A DNA stretch of 60,976 nt from a virus (taxonomy: Duplodnaviria; Caudoviricetes). Each line of letters begins with the position of its first letter. Positions within the stretch are counted from its first letter, which is position 1. Below, piece after piece: positions 25,665-34,347 of the stretch. Location: positions 1 to 60,976 of the IMG/VR virus record IMGVR_UViG_3300045999_003786. The stretch is one strand, 5' to 3'. The notes beneath the pieces are model-generated. The model made no database searches. It worked only from the letters and a program-made list of their open reading frames with translations, and was not told the DNA's origin. The position numbers and the translations under genes are program-made.

Positions 25665-28066
25665 ACGAAATTGAGCTTTTTGATGGAACTATTTTACGGT
25701 TTCCGGCAGATACTTCTCAAGAAGTCATTGACCGTACAGTGCGCCGTGAAACAGCTGCTCGCCAGCAATCCTCTGAGCAACCAACAGGGCTGCAGGTCAT
25801 TTACACCACGCCTGACGGTGGGCGCATTTATCAAATGCCGGACGGTTCAAGGGCCTTTGCGTCTGCCGGCTACTCCACAACAGATCCTGAAGAGATAGAT
25901 CGGCTCATGGAAGGCGCCACGCCTGAACAGCTGGTTAGAAGCAGCATCAGCGAGCAAATAATCAGGGAGCGCCCTGTCGCGTCGCGGGTGGCTACAGCAG
26001 CGCAGGGAATTCCGTTTCTTGGGTCATATACTGATGAGCTGGCTGCTGCAATAAGTCCAGAAGCTGTAGATCGTACTCGTAGGGCTGTTGAGGCCGTGCG
26101 CGAAGAAAGGCCGGGTCAGGCGCTTGGGCTTGAAGTCGCAGGCGCAGTAGCTTCTATACCCGCGATCCTCGCTGCCACCCCTGCATCGGTGCCGACCTTT
26201 GTTGCCGCCGCGCCTGCGCTTGGCGGACAGACCTTGCGCGCCGGATTGGTTGGAGGTTTGGCGGGCGTCACTGAGGGGCTTATTGGCGGGTTTGGTAGAG
26301 GCGAAGAGGGCAGTCGAACAGAATCGGCTATTGAGGGTGGCACATATGGGCTGCTAGGTGCTCCAATCAGCATGGCGATTCCACTTGCTGGGGCTGGTAT
26401 TAAATACGCATGGCAAAACTTTAAAGGTCGGGCAGTGCCAGAAATAGCCCGCATGTTGGGTATCTCAAATGACGCCGCAAAAGTTGTGCGCACGGCTCTG
26501 AAGAACGATGATCTTGAAGCAGCTTCGCGGGCTTTAGAGCGCGCCGGGTCCACATCCATGCTGGCGGATGCTGGACCAGCCACACAACAACTTTTGGATG
26601 TGAGCATAACAGCTGGGGGCACTGCGCCCAGAATCGCTAGAGAAGCTGTAGACGCTCGCGCAGTAGAGTCTGGGGCTCGCATGAATCAAGTGCTTGACGA
26701 TACGCTGGGATCGCCAGAGGGCACTGATGCGCTGCGCAGGAACATCCGTGAAGAAACTTCTTTGTCGCGAGATCTTACCTATAAGGATGCCTATAGTCAG
26801 CCCATTAACTACGCTGGTCGCAGAGGTAGGCACCTTGAAAACCTTATGGGGCGTGTACCTAAGTCTGCTATAGATCAAGCGAATAATTTGATGCGCATCG
26901 AGGGTGTTCAAAGCGAACAGATTCTTGCAGACATAGCTGCTGATGGGTCAATTACGTTTAGTCGCCTGCCAGACGTTCGTCAGCTTGATTACATTACCCG
27001 AGCATTGGGGGATGTTGCCGACGCACAAAATGCCGCTGGCAAACTCGGTGGCACAACGCAGCTTGGTCGCGCAACTCAAAACCTAGCTCGCGATATCAGA
27101 CAGACGTTGCGTAATGAAGTTCCAGCATATGGCGTTGCATTAGACACTGCTGCCGATGCCATTAATCGCTCTAATGCTGTCCTTTTGGGATCATCCATAT
27201 TAGCTCCGTCAACCACTCGAGAAATGGTCAGAGATGGACTTAAGGGTGCAAGCAAAGCCGAGAGGGACGCGGCAAAAGCTGGTTTACGCTCAGCCATTGA
27301 TGAAAGGTTGGCAAATGTTAACGCTGTGGCGTCAGACTCAAACATTGAAATTAGAGAATTTCAAAAAATGGCAAACGAGCTTCGCAGTCGTGCGATGCGC
27401 GAAAACATGGAGGTTTTGCTTGGAAAATCCGCTGCCGACAATCTTTACAAGCAGCTTGATGAGCAGGTTGTTGCGTTAGAGCTACGAGCTGCTGTTGCCA
27501 GAAACTCCGCTACTGCGCGCAGGCAGGCTATTGAGGGGCAAGTTGACGATATACTTGCACCGGGTATTCTAGAAACATTTGTTACTCAGGGGACTGAAGC
27601 TGGGCCAATCAACGCCATTAAACGGCTTACCGCTGTCATGACCGGAACTACTGCAGAGGCTAGGGCCCTTCGCCGAATGGGAATCTACGATGAGATTGCT
27701 AGGGTGCTGGTGACAACTCGCGGACCGCAGGCTGGCTTGGCGATAAAACTTGTTGAAAGGGCGATGGCTGGTGAAGCTCTTAATGATGCACAAGCAAAAA
27801 TAATCGCTCGCGCAATAACCACGCCTGCTGCAATGGCGACATACGCCGCTACTGCGCGACCAGAACCCGAAGTGGGGGAGTCGCAAACTTATTCCACACC
27901 AGCTCCCACACCAGCTCCCGTAGCCCCCCCACAGGCTCGCGTACAGCCCCAAACGGCGCCAACCCGAGGCGTACCGGCGCTGAGCCGGCAGGCTAGTCCA
28001 GCTGCTGCACCACCTCCCCAGCTCGCTGCAGCTGAGATGTTTCGGCAGCTGTTCCCGTTAGGCTAA
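25661..28066 (+). CDS. Large internal virion/ejection protein
   Basis: 801 aa, Ala/Gly-rich helical, with hydrophobic segments; last gene of the structural operon. Confidence 0.65.
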   Translation: MNEIELFDGTILRFPADTSQEVIDRTVRRETAARQQSSEQPTGLQVIYTTPDGGRIYQMPDGSRAFASAGYSTTDPEEIDRLMEGATPEQLVRSSISEQIIRERPVASRVATAAQGIPFLGSYTDELAAAISPEAVDRTRRAVEAVREERPGQALGLEVAGAVASIPAILAATPASVPTFVAAAPALGGQTLRAGLVGGLAGVTEGLIGGFGRGEEGSRTESAIEGGTYGLLGAPISMAIPLAGAGIKYAWQNFKGRAVPEIARMLGISNDAAKVVRTALKNDDLEAASRALERAGSTSMLADAGPATQQLLDVSITAGGTAPRIAREAVDARAVESGARMNQVLDDTLGSPEGTDALRRNIREETSLSRDLTYKDAYSQPINYAGRRGRHLENLMGRVPKSAIDQANNLMRIEGVQSEQILADIAADGSITFSRLPDVRQLDYITRALGDVADAQNAAGKLGGTTQLGRATQNLARDIRQTLRNEVPAYGVALDTAADAINRSNAVLLGSSILAPSTTREMVRDGLKGASKAERDAAKAGLRSAIDERLANVNAVASDSNIEIREFQKMANELRSRAMRENMEVLLGKSAADNLYKQLDEQVVALELRAAVARNSATARRQAIEGQVDDILAPGILETFVTQGTEAGPINAIKRLTAVMTGTTAEARALRRMGIYDEIARVLVTTRGPQAGLAIKLVERAMAGEALNDAQAKIIARAITTPAAMATYAATARPEPEVGESQTYSTPAPTPAPVAPPQARVQPQTAPTRGVPALSRQASPAAAPPPQLAAAEMFRQLFPLG

Positions 28067-28246
28067 TCAAACCGTCTCAAGCCGCATGAGCTCATCACTC
28101 AGCTTCTTGACGACGGCGTAAGACACGCTCTTATTATCCCCAGCCGCCAACTTGCGCACCGTGCCGTAACTGAGCCCGGTGGCCTTGGCTATTTCCGGCA
28201 GCCGCCTGTGCTGCAACTTCTCGCGTACTTCTTCTAGCGTATACAT
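28067..28246 (-). CDS. Cro/XRE-like HTH regulator
   Basis: MYTLEEVREKLQHRRLPEIAKATGLSYGTVRKLAAG; start at 28246 with AGGAG SD. Confidence 0.8.
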   Translation of the reverse strand: MYTLEEVREKLQHRRLPEIAKATGLSYGTVRKLAAGDNKSVSYAVVKKLSDELMRLETV

Positions 28247-28277
28247 CGCATTTCTCCTGTGTGTTTGATCGTGTGCA

Positions 28278-28306
28278 ATTCTATAGTCACTGGCAACGGG
28301 TGTCAA
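28278..28306 (-). promoter_or_regulatory. sigma70 promoter for the HTH gene
   Basis: Minus strand TTGACA-17 nt-TAGAAT. Confidence 0.75.
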
Positions 28307-28349
28307 ACCGACCCATCTCAAATATATATGCAATCACTAATATAAAGTG

Positions 28350-28390
28350 TTGCGTTCGCGTATGTGATCGATTATATTACTCACATCGGC
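28350..28390 (+). promoter_or_regulatory. Early promoter repeat 1
   Basis: TTGCGT-17-TATATT, then ACTCACATCGGC. Confidence 0.7.
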
Positions 28391-28418
28391 GGCATGGTGC
28401 GGCCAAGTGGAGAAGAAC

Positions 28419-29060
28419 ATGAACAAAGCTAACATTCAAATTCGCGGTAACTGCCAGTGCTGCGGTAACGACCAAGCGGTTGTGCGCGGTTATGCTAGCA
28501 AGCACGGCTACACCGTGAACAACGGCTGGTTCAACGGCGTCTGCTCTGGCCAACACTACGAGCCAGTCCAAGTAAGCCGAGTGCAGACTGACCGGATTGT
28601 CGAGTCGGTTCGTGAATCGGTTGCAGCGTTGCGAGTTGAGCTTGAGGCTGTAGCGTCTGGCAAGGTAACGCCAAAGACAGTCGTCAAGGGATACGGCAAG
28701 AATCAAACTGAGATTAAGTTTTCCGATGCCACCTTGTGCGACCAAGCACAAGCGGTAGAAAATCTGAAGCGTGCCATTGCCCACCGCATCAATGCTGGTG
28801 AGGACTTTGCCAAGCACTTGGAAGCGGTAGCTAACAAGTACCACGGCAAGCCCCTGACTGAAATCAAGCTGGACGAAGTCGGGGTAACTGTCGGCTCTAT
28901 TGTTAAAGTATACGGCTCTGCGGTAACAGTAACTAAAATCGAATATCGGGTGGCGCGAGGCGTCGGTTCAAGCGTCAACGGACAGCATATCTTGCACGTC
29001 GTCTTTGAGCGCGATGGAAAAGAATTTGCATACCCAAAGCGTTTTGCGAAATTAGTCTAA
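28419..29060 (+). CDS. Early hypothetical protein with Zn-finger
   Basis: GNCQCCG...KHGY...F.GVCSG; SD GGAG; start at 28419. Confidence 0.75.
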   Translation: MNKANIQIRGNCQCCGNDQAVVRGYASKHGYTVNNGWFNGVCSGQHYEPVQVSRVQTDRIVESVRESVAALRVELEAVASGKVTPKTVVKGYGKNQTEIKFSDATLCDQAQAVENLKRAIAHRINAGEDFAKHLEAVANKYHGKPLTEIKLDEVGVTVGSIVKVYGSAVTVTKIEYRVARGVGSSVNGQHILHVVFERDGKEFAYPKRFAKLV

Positions 29061-29103
29061 CCAACCATCAGCAGCCCCCTACGGGGGGCAGAGGAGCACG
29101 ACC

Positions 29104-29334
29104 ATGATCAAGACATCAAACAAGGCAGCACGCAAGCTTGGCGCGGATCTAGCGACAGAGCTGCATGCTCAGACCACCATAGCGGCGCGTGGCGGCGTTC
29201 TGGCAGCGCGGTTCGTAATACTATCTCAGCTCGACTACGAGGCCCAGACGGAGTTCTACGTAGGGTTCGACGCACAGCTGGACGTGTTGGAGCCGCTGAC
29301 GGCACCGCGTGTAAGCTACGGGTTCAGGATATAA
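29104..29334 (+). CDS. Early hypothetical protein
   Basis: SD GAGGAG; 76 aa. Confidence 0.65.
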   Translation: MIKTSNKAARKLGADLATELHAQTTIAARGGVLAARFVILSQLDYEAQTEFYVGFDAQLDVLEPLTAPRVSYGFRI

Positions 29335-29340
29335 TATATT

Positions 29341-29402
29341 CTCGATTGCATACAAAAAGTGTTGCAATCGAGTATGTACTGCTTTAATATTCTCATATCG
29401 GC
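29341..29402 (+). promoter_or_regulatory. Early promoter repeat 2 with inverted-repeat operator
   Basis: CTCGATTGCA-12-TGCAATCGAG inverted repeat overlapping TTGCAA-17-TAATAT, then TCTCATATCGGC. Confidence 0.75.
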
Positions 29403-29435
29403 AGCACAAAGCGGCCATCAACTGAGGACAAAAAA

Positions 29436-29669
29436 ATGAAAGCAACAATTAGCCGGCTCAACTGCTTCTTGATCGACCGATTGCCACAGTACAGGATCGT
29501 AAAGGGTCACGGGTATTTTTACTTCACTTGGGCTGATGACGCGCCAGAAGACACGCCAGAGCCGCCGGAATCAATTTATCTTAACTCCTTGGATCAAATG
29601 AATTTTAAAAGCTGGAAAATTGCAATCGAAAGCCAAGTACAGCGGTGGGAGCGCAAAAACGCACAGTGA
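29436..29669 (+). CDS. Early hypothetical protein
   Basis: SD GAGGA; KGHGYFYF motif. Confidence 0.7.
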   Translation: MKATISRLNCFLIDRLPQYRIVKGHGYFYFTWADDAPEDTPEPPESIYLNSLDQMNFKSWKIAIESQVQRWERKNAQ

Positions 29670-29681
29670 TGAATATATTTG

Positions 29682-29741
29682 CGATTGAGTGCTAATGTAG
29701 TTGCAATCGTATACATAGTGCCTTATTATTCTCACATCGGC
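29682..29741 (+). promoter_or_regulatory. Early promoter repeat 3
   Basis: CGATTG-16-CAATCG; TTGCAA-17-TATTAT, then TCTCACATCGGC. Confidence 0.75.
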
Positions 29742-29770
29742 TGCGGTTGTCGCGGCCTTCAGGGGGTAAC

Positions 29771-30469
29771 ATGAACACAGTCATCCACAAGAACTTCCAG
29801 TTTGGCACAGCTCCTTTTCGCTTCGTTGCTATCTGGTCAGCGCCTTCTAAGGCTCTGGCTGAAGCCAACCCAGAGGCGTACAACGCCCAGCTGCGCAGCA
29901 AGCCAGCGTGCTGCCACTTCAGCTGCGACCATTGCGGCACAAGCATCAACAACCACTGCATCATCGTGGATGCGACTGGCAAGAGTTTTTCTGTTGGCTG
30001 CGACTGTGTTGAGAAGACACACCACACTGAGATCATCAGCAAGGTAAAACTGGCACTGAGAAAGAAAGCCAAAGCCGCCCGTGATGCAAAGCGTCAGGCA
30101 GAGCAGGCTGCTCGCAAGGCTGCATACGATGCAGAGCTGCAAGCGCAGCGTGATGCCAACGGCGGCCTGACTGACTCTGAGGTCGCCCACAAAAACGCAT
30201 ACGCAGCACGTAAGGAGCAGTTGGCGCGTACCAATGCCATCGTTGCCCCGGTAGTCAGCGTTCTGGATGCTGCTGGTGGCGACTTCTGCTACAGCATTGC
30301 TCAGAACTACCGCAACGGCTTGTTACCACAAGGTCGCGCCAAGGACATCGTGATTGAGATCGTTGCCAAGCAATCTGGTCGCAAGGGTTCAGCGGCTTAT
30401 GACGCTGCTCTGGCTGGCGCTCAAAAGCTGGTGGAATCAATCGAGACGGCAATTAAACAGAACTATTAA
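29771..30469 (+). CDS. Early Zn-finger/coiled-coil protein
   Basis: CDHCGT.I...VGCDCV; start at 29771. Confidence 0.75.
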   Translation: MNTVIHKNFQFGTAPFRFVAIWSAPSKALAEANPEAYNAQLRSKPACCHFSCDHCGTSINNHCIIVDATGKSFSVGCDCVEKTHHTEIISKVKLALRKKAKAARDAKRQAEQAARKAAYDAELQAQRDANGGLTDSEVAHKNAYAARKEQLARTNAIVAPVVSVLDAAGGDFCYSIAQNYRNGLLPQGRAKDIVIEIVAKQSGRKGSAAYDAALAGAQKLVESIETAIKQNY

Positions 30470-30510
30470 CAACCAACCTGCCCACGGACGGGCATCATCA
30501 GGAGACCAGC

Positions 30511-30681
30511 ATGAACAACTACAAAGCAGTAGCCCTCGCAGAGGGCTTTGAAGAAGGCACAGAAGAAGAGGTGCTCAGCGCATGGCAGCACCTGCACGAC
30601 ACCGGGCTCGCCTACCAGCTTCAGGGCTCGTTTGGGCGCACGGCGGCGTCACTGATTGAGCAGGGGCTGATTTCAGGATAA
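30511..30681 (+). CDS. Small conserved phage protein (56 aa, not in ORF track)
   Basis: AGGAG SD; MNNYKAVALAEG...WQHLHDTGLAYQLQGSFGRTAASLIEQGLISG*. Confidence 0.8.
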   Translation: MNNYKAVALAEGFEEGTEEEVLSAWQHLHDTGLAYQLQGSFGRTAASLIEQGLISG

Positions 30682-30701
30682 TCATAATCTGAGGAAAAAA
30701 A

Positions 30702-31229
30702 ATGCAATATCATACCGTAAGAAGGGATGTCGTCGGCGAGTGCGACGTGGTCACCGAAAAAGTTGAGATCCATAAAAAATGGGTCAACGTCAGAGTTGAA
30801 AAAATTACTAGAACTTTTGAAAAGCACCTTGTATTGAGCTGCGGGCATGTTCTTCCGAGAGCAAGATTTAAAAAAGTGAAGAACCCTCGTTGCGAAGAGT
30901 GCAGTTGTGCTTTAGAAGACGCCTCAGTGGACCCGTGCGACATGAGCCAATGGCAAAACTGGCGAGTTGGGGATGTTCTTTTATGCACATGGGAGGGCTT
31001 TGGCTATAGTCAGGGGACGCTTTACAGAATTCAAAGCACTTGTGATAAACGCGGTTATATAGGCTTTGTCAAAAAGAATGGATTTCCTGACTACCAGTCC
31101 CACGATGATTTTAGCTTCCACAGCCGGCCTGAGAGTGCCGTTGAGGCGCCCTACGCCGTTGTTAGAGTAGAGCGACCACAGCTTCCTCTGCCGTATACAG
31201 AATACGTTAACTTTGTGGCGAAAGAGTAG
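30702..31229 (+). CDS. Hypothetical protein with Cys/His motif
   Basis: SD GAGG; LSCGH...RCEEC; visibly AT-richer than its neighbours. Confidence 0.6.
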   Translation: MQYHTVRRDVVGECDVVTEKVEIHKKWVNVRVEKITRTFEKHLVLSCGHVLPRARFKKVKNPRCEECSCALEDASVDPCDMSQWQNWRVGDVLLCTWEGFGYSQGTLYRIQSTCDKRGYIGFVKKNGFPDYQSHDDFSFHSRPESAVEAPYAVVRVERPQLPLPYTEYVNFVAKE

Positions 31230-31464
31230 CTTCATCCTCCACCGGGTCATGCACCGTGATCTCTGCATCGGTTTCGATCCAGACCTTGGCCCCGCAGGCG
31301 AGCGGCTTATCTGGCGAGTAGACCACGGTGCTTGGGCCGTGGATCTCGACCCGGTTGCACTTGACGTTGCCTTTGCTGCTTTTGATTGTGAGCACGGGGA
31401 GATCCGCGCCTTTGGCGTTGGCCTTAATGTGGTGCTGATTGACGTGGATGCGGCGCTTCATCAT
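31207..31464 (-). CDS. Conserved hypothetical phage protein
   Basis: IHVNQH.I..N...PV.TIK...GPS.VVYSPDKPL.CGA.VWIET motif. Confidence 0.8.
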   Translation of the reverse strand: MMKRRIHVNQHHIKANAKGADLPVLTIKSSKGNVKCNRVEIHGPSTVVYSPDKPLACGAKVWIETDAEITVHDPVEDEATLSPQS

Positions 31465-31670
31465 TCCTCCCCGAAGGCCTTTAGTTTGTCCAATTTCCTA
31501 TGTGCTTCGTGTTCCGTGATCGGCCTTGCCGCGCTGGACCCTCTGGGCACGGCAGTTACCTTACCGCCTTTTGCGAGATACTCTTTGATCTGAGCCTCCA
31601 GCTTCTCGCGCTCAGGGTTCTGCTTGTCCGGTGCACGGCTCAGGTTGTGGTAGTAGGTGTTGCTTCTCAT
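31461..31670 (-). CDS. SutA-like RNA polymerase-binding protein
   Basis: EREKLEAQIKEYLAKGGKVTAVP resembles the SutA core (ER..L...M.EFL..GG.V). Confidence 0.6.
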   Translation of the reverse strand: MRSNTYYHNLSRAPDKQNPEREKLEAQIKEYLAKGGKVTAVPRGSSAARPITEHEAHRKLDKLKAFGEE

Positions 31671-32068
31671 CGTCCAGTGCTCCCAAATCCACCCTCGCCT
31701 CGCTCCTGTGCTGCGCTCTCACCGGCAAGCGCGAAGTACGCTGCGCCGTCCTCATAGCTGTCGGCACGATAGCCGCCCTGCTGGGCACGAACCATCTTCA
31801 GACAGGCCATGAACAACCAGCCCTGCTCCTCGGTGAGTTTGCCCTCCGTCAGCGTGTTGAACATGGCCACCGTCTTGCCCATGCTGCGCTCGCCCTGCGG
31901 CTGGTCGTATGTCGCTGCGCGTTCTTCCAAGTGACCGATTGCGGTCTTGAGTATTTGCGGGGCAGTGGGTATTGCTGGCTCCTGCTTAGGCGAGTGCTCT
32001 TCGCAGTAGCCTGATGCGTCTGTCCTTGAATTCAGACATCCTCCTACTTGGCAATAAACGAAGTGCAT
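31667..32068 (-). CDS. DUF6378-like protein ending in a dUTPase motif V-like tail
   Basis: ERAATYD...GW.FM..LKMVR...DSY.D.AAY.AL; C-terminal RGEGGFGSTG. Confidence 0.6.
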   Translation of the reverse strand: MHFVYCQVGGCLNSRTDASGYCEEHSPKQEPAIPTAPQILKTAIGHLEERAATYDQPQGERSMGKTVAMFNTLTEGKLTEEQGWLFMACLKMVRAQQGGYRADSYEDGAAYFALAGESAAQERGEGGFGSTGR

Positions 32069-32286
32069 TATGTGTTCTCCTTGTTGTCGATGATGGCGCG
32101 GATTTGGTTTGATAGTCGGTTGCTGCTCAAGTAGACCTGCATCTCTTTCAGCAACTCCACCGGCACCAGCACCTTACCATCGAACAGGGCGATCAGCTTA
32201 TAGGATGGCACGACTGAGAGGCCGCTCGAAAACTCTCCCGCTAGAGCTTCATTTTTATCAATCCACTTCTCAAGTTCAGGGTTCAT
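32068..32286 (-). CDS. Hypothetical protein
   Basis: Coupled 72-aa ORF in the leftward operon. Confidence 0.6.
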   Translation of the reverse strand: MNPELEKWIDKNEALAGEFSSGLSVVPSYKLIALFDGKVLVPVELLKEMQVYLSSNRLSNQIRAIIDNKENT

Positions 32287-32609
32287 TGTAGAACCTCCAC
32301 CCTAGCTATCAGATACAACTTATCGCCAGCTGCGTCCGGTGCTAGCACCCAGTGAGGGACCGCCCTCCATACAATAGTTTTGTGCCCCTTTGCCAAGGCT
32401 TTAAACTCAGCGAGAAACATAAGCACGAGTGCGGCAACGTCCACAACCTCGTTAAGCTCATAGTCCAAAAGCAAGCCCATCTTAACCGACATCGGCGGCA
32501 CACCAGACTGCGATGGTGTATCTCTAAAGGACGCGGCGTCAAACATCGCGCTTACCGCCACGAATACCGCCTTGGCGTAAGTCTCCTCTGCATGAAAGTC
32601 TCGTATCAT
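32283..32609 (-). CDS. Hypothetical protein
   Basis: Start MIRDFHAEE at 32609 with GGAGGT SD. Confidence 0.6.
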   Translation of the reverse strand: MIRDFHAEETYAKAVFVAVSAMFDAASFRDTPSQSGVPPMSVKMGLLLDYELNEVVDVAALVLMFLAEFKALAKGHKTIVWRAVPHWVLAPDAAGDKLYLIARVEVLQ

Positions 32610-32776
32610 GGCAAGTACCTCCACGCCAGCACAACCACGCCAGCGACAACCAGCACCGCGCCGAGCAGTGTCGCCCAGCCGTACACTGTGCTGTAGTTTT
32701 CCGGGAACGTGTCTGCGTCCCACAGGCAGTCCAGCGCCCACGATATAAACAGAATCGCTATTCCAATTGCGATCAT
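32606..32776 (-). CDS. Small two-TM membrane protein (56 aa, not in ORF track)
   Basis: MIAIGIAILFISWAL...WATLLGAVLVVAGVVVLAWRYLP*; ATGA overlaps on both sides. Confidence 0.65.
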   Translation of the reverse strand: MIAIGIAILFISWALDCLWDADTFPENYSTVYGWATLLGAVLVVAGVVVLAWRYLP

Positions 32777-33168
32777 TTCACACCTCGATAAAACACATGG
32801 TCATTAACTCGCCCGACAACCTGCCCGGTACTCGCCCAGTCAGGATGCACTCGTCGTGCGTGGTAGTGCGTTGCTTCGCCAACTACCGGAGCTGCTTTAC
32901 CTTCGTACACAGCCTTTGCAATCAACTGGGCCACGCGCCACGGCACATCGTCGGTGGGCTGGTCGGACTTGCCGTCACAGTAGAAGGAGAACTGGCACTC
33001 ATGCCGTGTCTCGCCGCCCTCGTAGACAACCGAGCACGCATCGCTTGGGTACCGTGGATCGTGGACCCGGTTCATGACCACCTGAGCCACTGCGTACTGG
33101 CCTTCAAGTGGCTCGCCACGGGCTTCGTGGTAGATCGCCATCGCCAGACACATTATTTCGTAGAGCAT
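32773..33168 (-). CDS. Cell wall hydrolase, SleB/Hydrolase_2 family
   Basis: CLA.AIYHEARGE...AVAQVVMNRV..P...C.VVY...CQFSFYCDG...ATHYHA..V.P.W...HVFY. Confidence 0.9.
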   Translation of the reverse strand: MLYEIMCLAMAIYHEARGEPLEGQYAVAQVVMNRVHDPRYPSDACSVVYEGGETRHECQFSFYCDGKSDQPTDDVPWRVAQLIAKAVYEGKAAPVVGEATHYHARRVHPDWASTGQVVGRVNDHVFYRGVK

Positions 33169-33195
33169 TCCACCACCTCCTCGGCAACGCCGCGC

Positions 33196-33351
33196 TCATT
33201 TTGCATAGCCGCGCTCCTTTAGCATGGCGTCGGCTATTCGGTATGCTCTGATCGCAAACTCGGAATACTCCGCCTGCAAGTTGCTGTCAGACAGCATCCC
33301 TTGCAGTGCTTTCGCCGCAAAGTAGTCTCTTAAAGTAAGTTCGTCTTTCAT
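33196..33351 (-). CDS. Small phage protein of the LRDYFAAKA(L/M)QG family (not in ORF track)
   Basis: MKDELTLRDYFAAKALQGML...AYRIADAMLKER. Confidence 0.8.
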   Translation of the reverse strand: MKDELTLRDYFAAKALQGMLSDSNLQAEYSEFAIRAYRIADAMLKERGYAK

Positions 33352-33467
33352 CGTGTAGCCCTCAGTCGCCGCCACAGGCGGGCGATTTCTTTTCGTTGTT
33401 GTTGATCTTGCGTGTATTCAAGCTGGCGATACTTCTCTTTTATGGCGTACTTCAGGAATTCTTTCAT
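33348..33467 (-). CDS. Small hypothetical protein (39 aa)
   Basis: ATGA-coupled on both sides. Confidence 0.5.
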   Translation of the reverse strand: MKEFLKYAIKEKYRQLEYTQDQQQRKEIARLWRRLRATR

Positions 33468-33601
33468 CGCTTGCTCCGTAGGTCGTACTCACGCAACCAT
33501 GCGTGAAATTTATGGCGCACCTCGTCACGGGTGTACCCGAAAAAGACTAGCCCGTCGGCATCCAAACGGAACCAGCCCGGCTTTATCTGTCTAATCACCA
33601 T
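33464..33601 (-). CDS. Small hypothetical protein
   Basis: MVIRQIKPGWF...FFGYTRDEV; overlaps upstream gene end. Confidence 0.55.
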   Translation of the reverse strand: MVIRQIKPGWFRLDADGLVFFGYTRDEVRHKFHAWLREYDLRSKR

Positions 33602-33734
33602 CGCTTTCTTCCTCTGGTGGGCTGCAGTGGATGCAGCCGGGGTGGTCGGGGTCGCGGCAGTCTGGGTGCCGCGCAAGGTCTTGCCAGTACCATCGCTGGC
33701 GAAGGGTGGGGCGCTCGTCGTCGTAGTCACACAT
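33591..33734 (-). CDS. Small Cys/His protein
   Basis: HPDCRDPDHPGC..C motif. Confidence 0.6.
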   Translation of the reverse strand: MCDYDDERPTLRQRWYWQDLARHPDCRDPDHPGCIHCSPPEEESDGD

Positions 33735-33912
33735 ACTGCACACAGCCGCACTGCGGCAAATAACGATGCGGCCTGCCGAGCTTGCGTTCCAGTTCGCGGA
33801 TCCGCTTCGCAAGGCGGGCGCGTTCTCTGTTCATCAGGGTCATGATAAACGAGCGGTCAAAGGCGCTGTCGCTCAGTGGGCGGGCGCGTTTCCAGAATCC
33901 GTATGCGCTCAT
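33727..33912 (-). CDS. Small hypothetical protein
   Basis: Short coiled coil and C-terminal CxC. Confidence 0.5.
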   Translation of the reverse strand: MSAYGFWKRARPLSDSAFDRSFIMTLMNRERARLAKRIRELERKLGRPHRYLPQCGCVQYV

Positions 33913-33976
33913 AGGATCACCATCGCGCCTATCACGAAGGCGCAGAGAAGGGTTAGTATCATCGCTTTGGTTTCAC

Positions 33977-34105
33977 TCACTTCTGCGCTCCTTCGGTTAG
34001 CATAAGAATGTATGCTGACACTGTAAGGCCCAGCTTGCGGGCCTCTTTCATGATGGCCGCGTGTTGGGCCGGGGTGACGCGGATGTGGATGTTTTTGTCT
34101 TTCAT
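33977..34105 (-). CDS. Ribbon-helix-helix DNA-binding protein (42 aa, not in ORF track)
   Basis: MKDKNIHIRVTPAQHAAIMKEARKLGLTVSAYI fits the Arc/MobC-like RHH pattern. Confidence 0.7.
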   Translation of the reverse strand: MKDKNIHIRVTPAQHAAIMKEARKLGLTVSAYILMLTEGAQK

Positions 34106-34302
34106 GCTGACACCCCGGCAAGCTCGTCAAGGAGTGAGTCGGCGTGTTCTATGGCAGCAAATGCAACAGCTTCGTACCATTCGTTTCCCGTCTCAAACTT
34201 ACTAGCATCAAATGATTTACTCCCTAAAAGCCCCTGCATAGCCGCCATTGCAAACATCTCCCGCTTGGTAAGGCCGGAGCTTGTCATATCTGCTTTTTTC
34301 AT
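34102..34302 (-). CDS. Small phage protein of the GLTKRE.FA..AMQGL family
   Basis: GLTKREMFAMAAMQGLL...A...ADSLLDEL. Confidence 0.75.
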   Translation of the reverse strand: MKKADMTSSGLTKREMFAMAAMQGLLGSKSFDASKFETGNEWYEAVAFAAIEHADSLLDELAGVSA

Positions 34303-34347
34303 TTTTTAATTTCCTTGGTTGATGGCCGTCCTTGGCCGGGGGTGTAT

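Noticed and set aside
30479-30494. Lambda boxB-like hairpin GCCCACGGACGGGC (also 29073-29088)
   Set aside because: The loop does not fit GNRA-like boxB, and there is no boxA or N-like gene; more likely simple stabilising hairpins.
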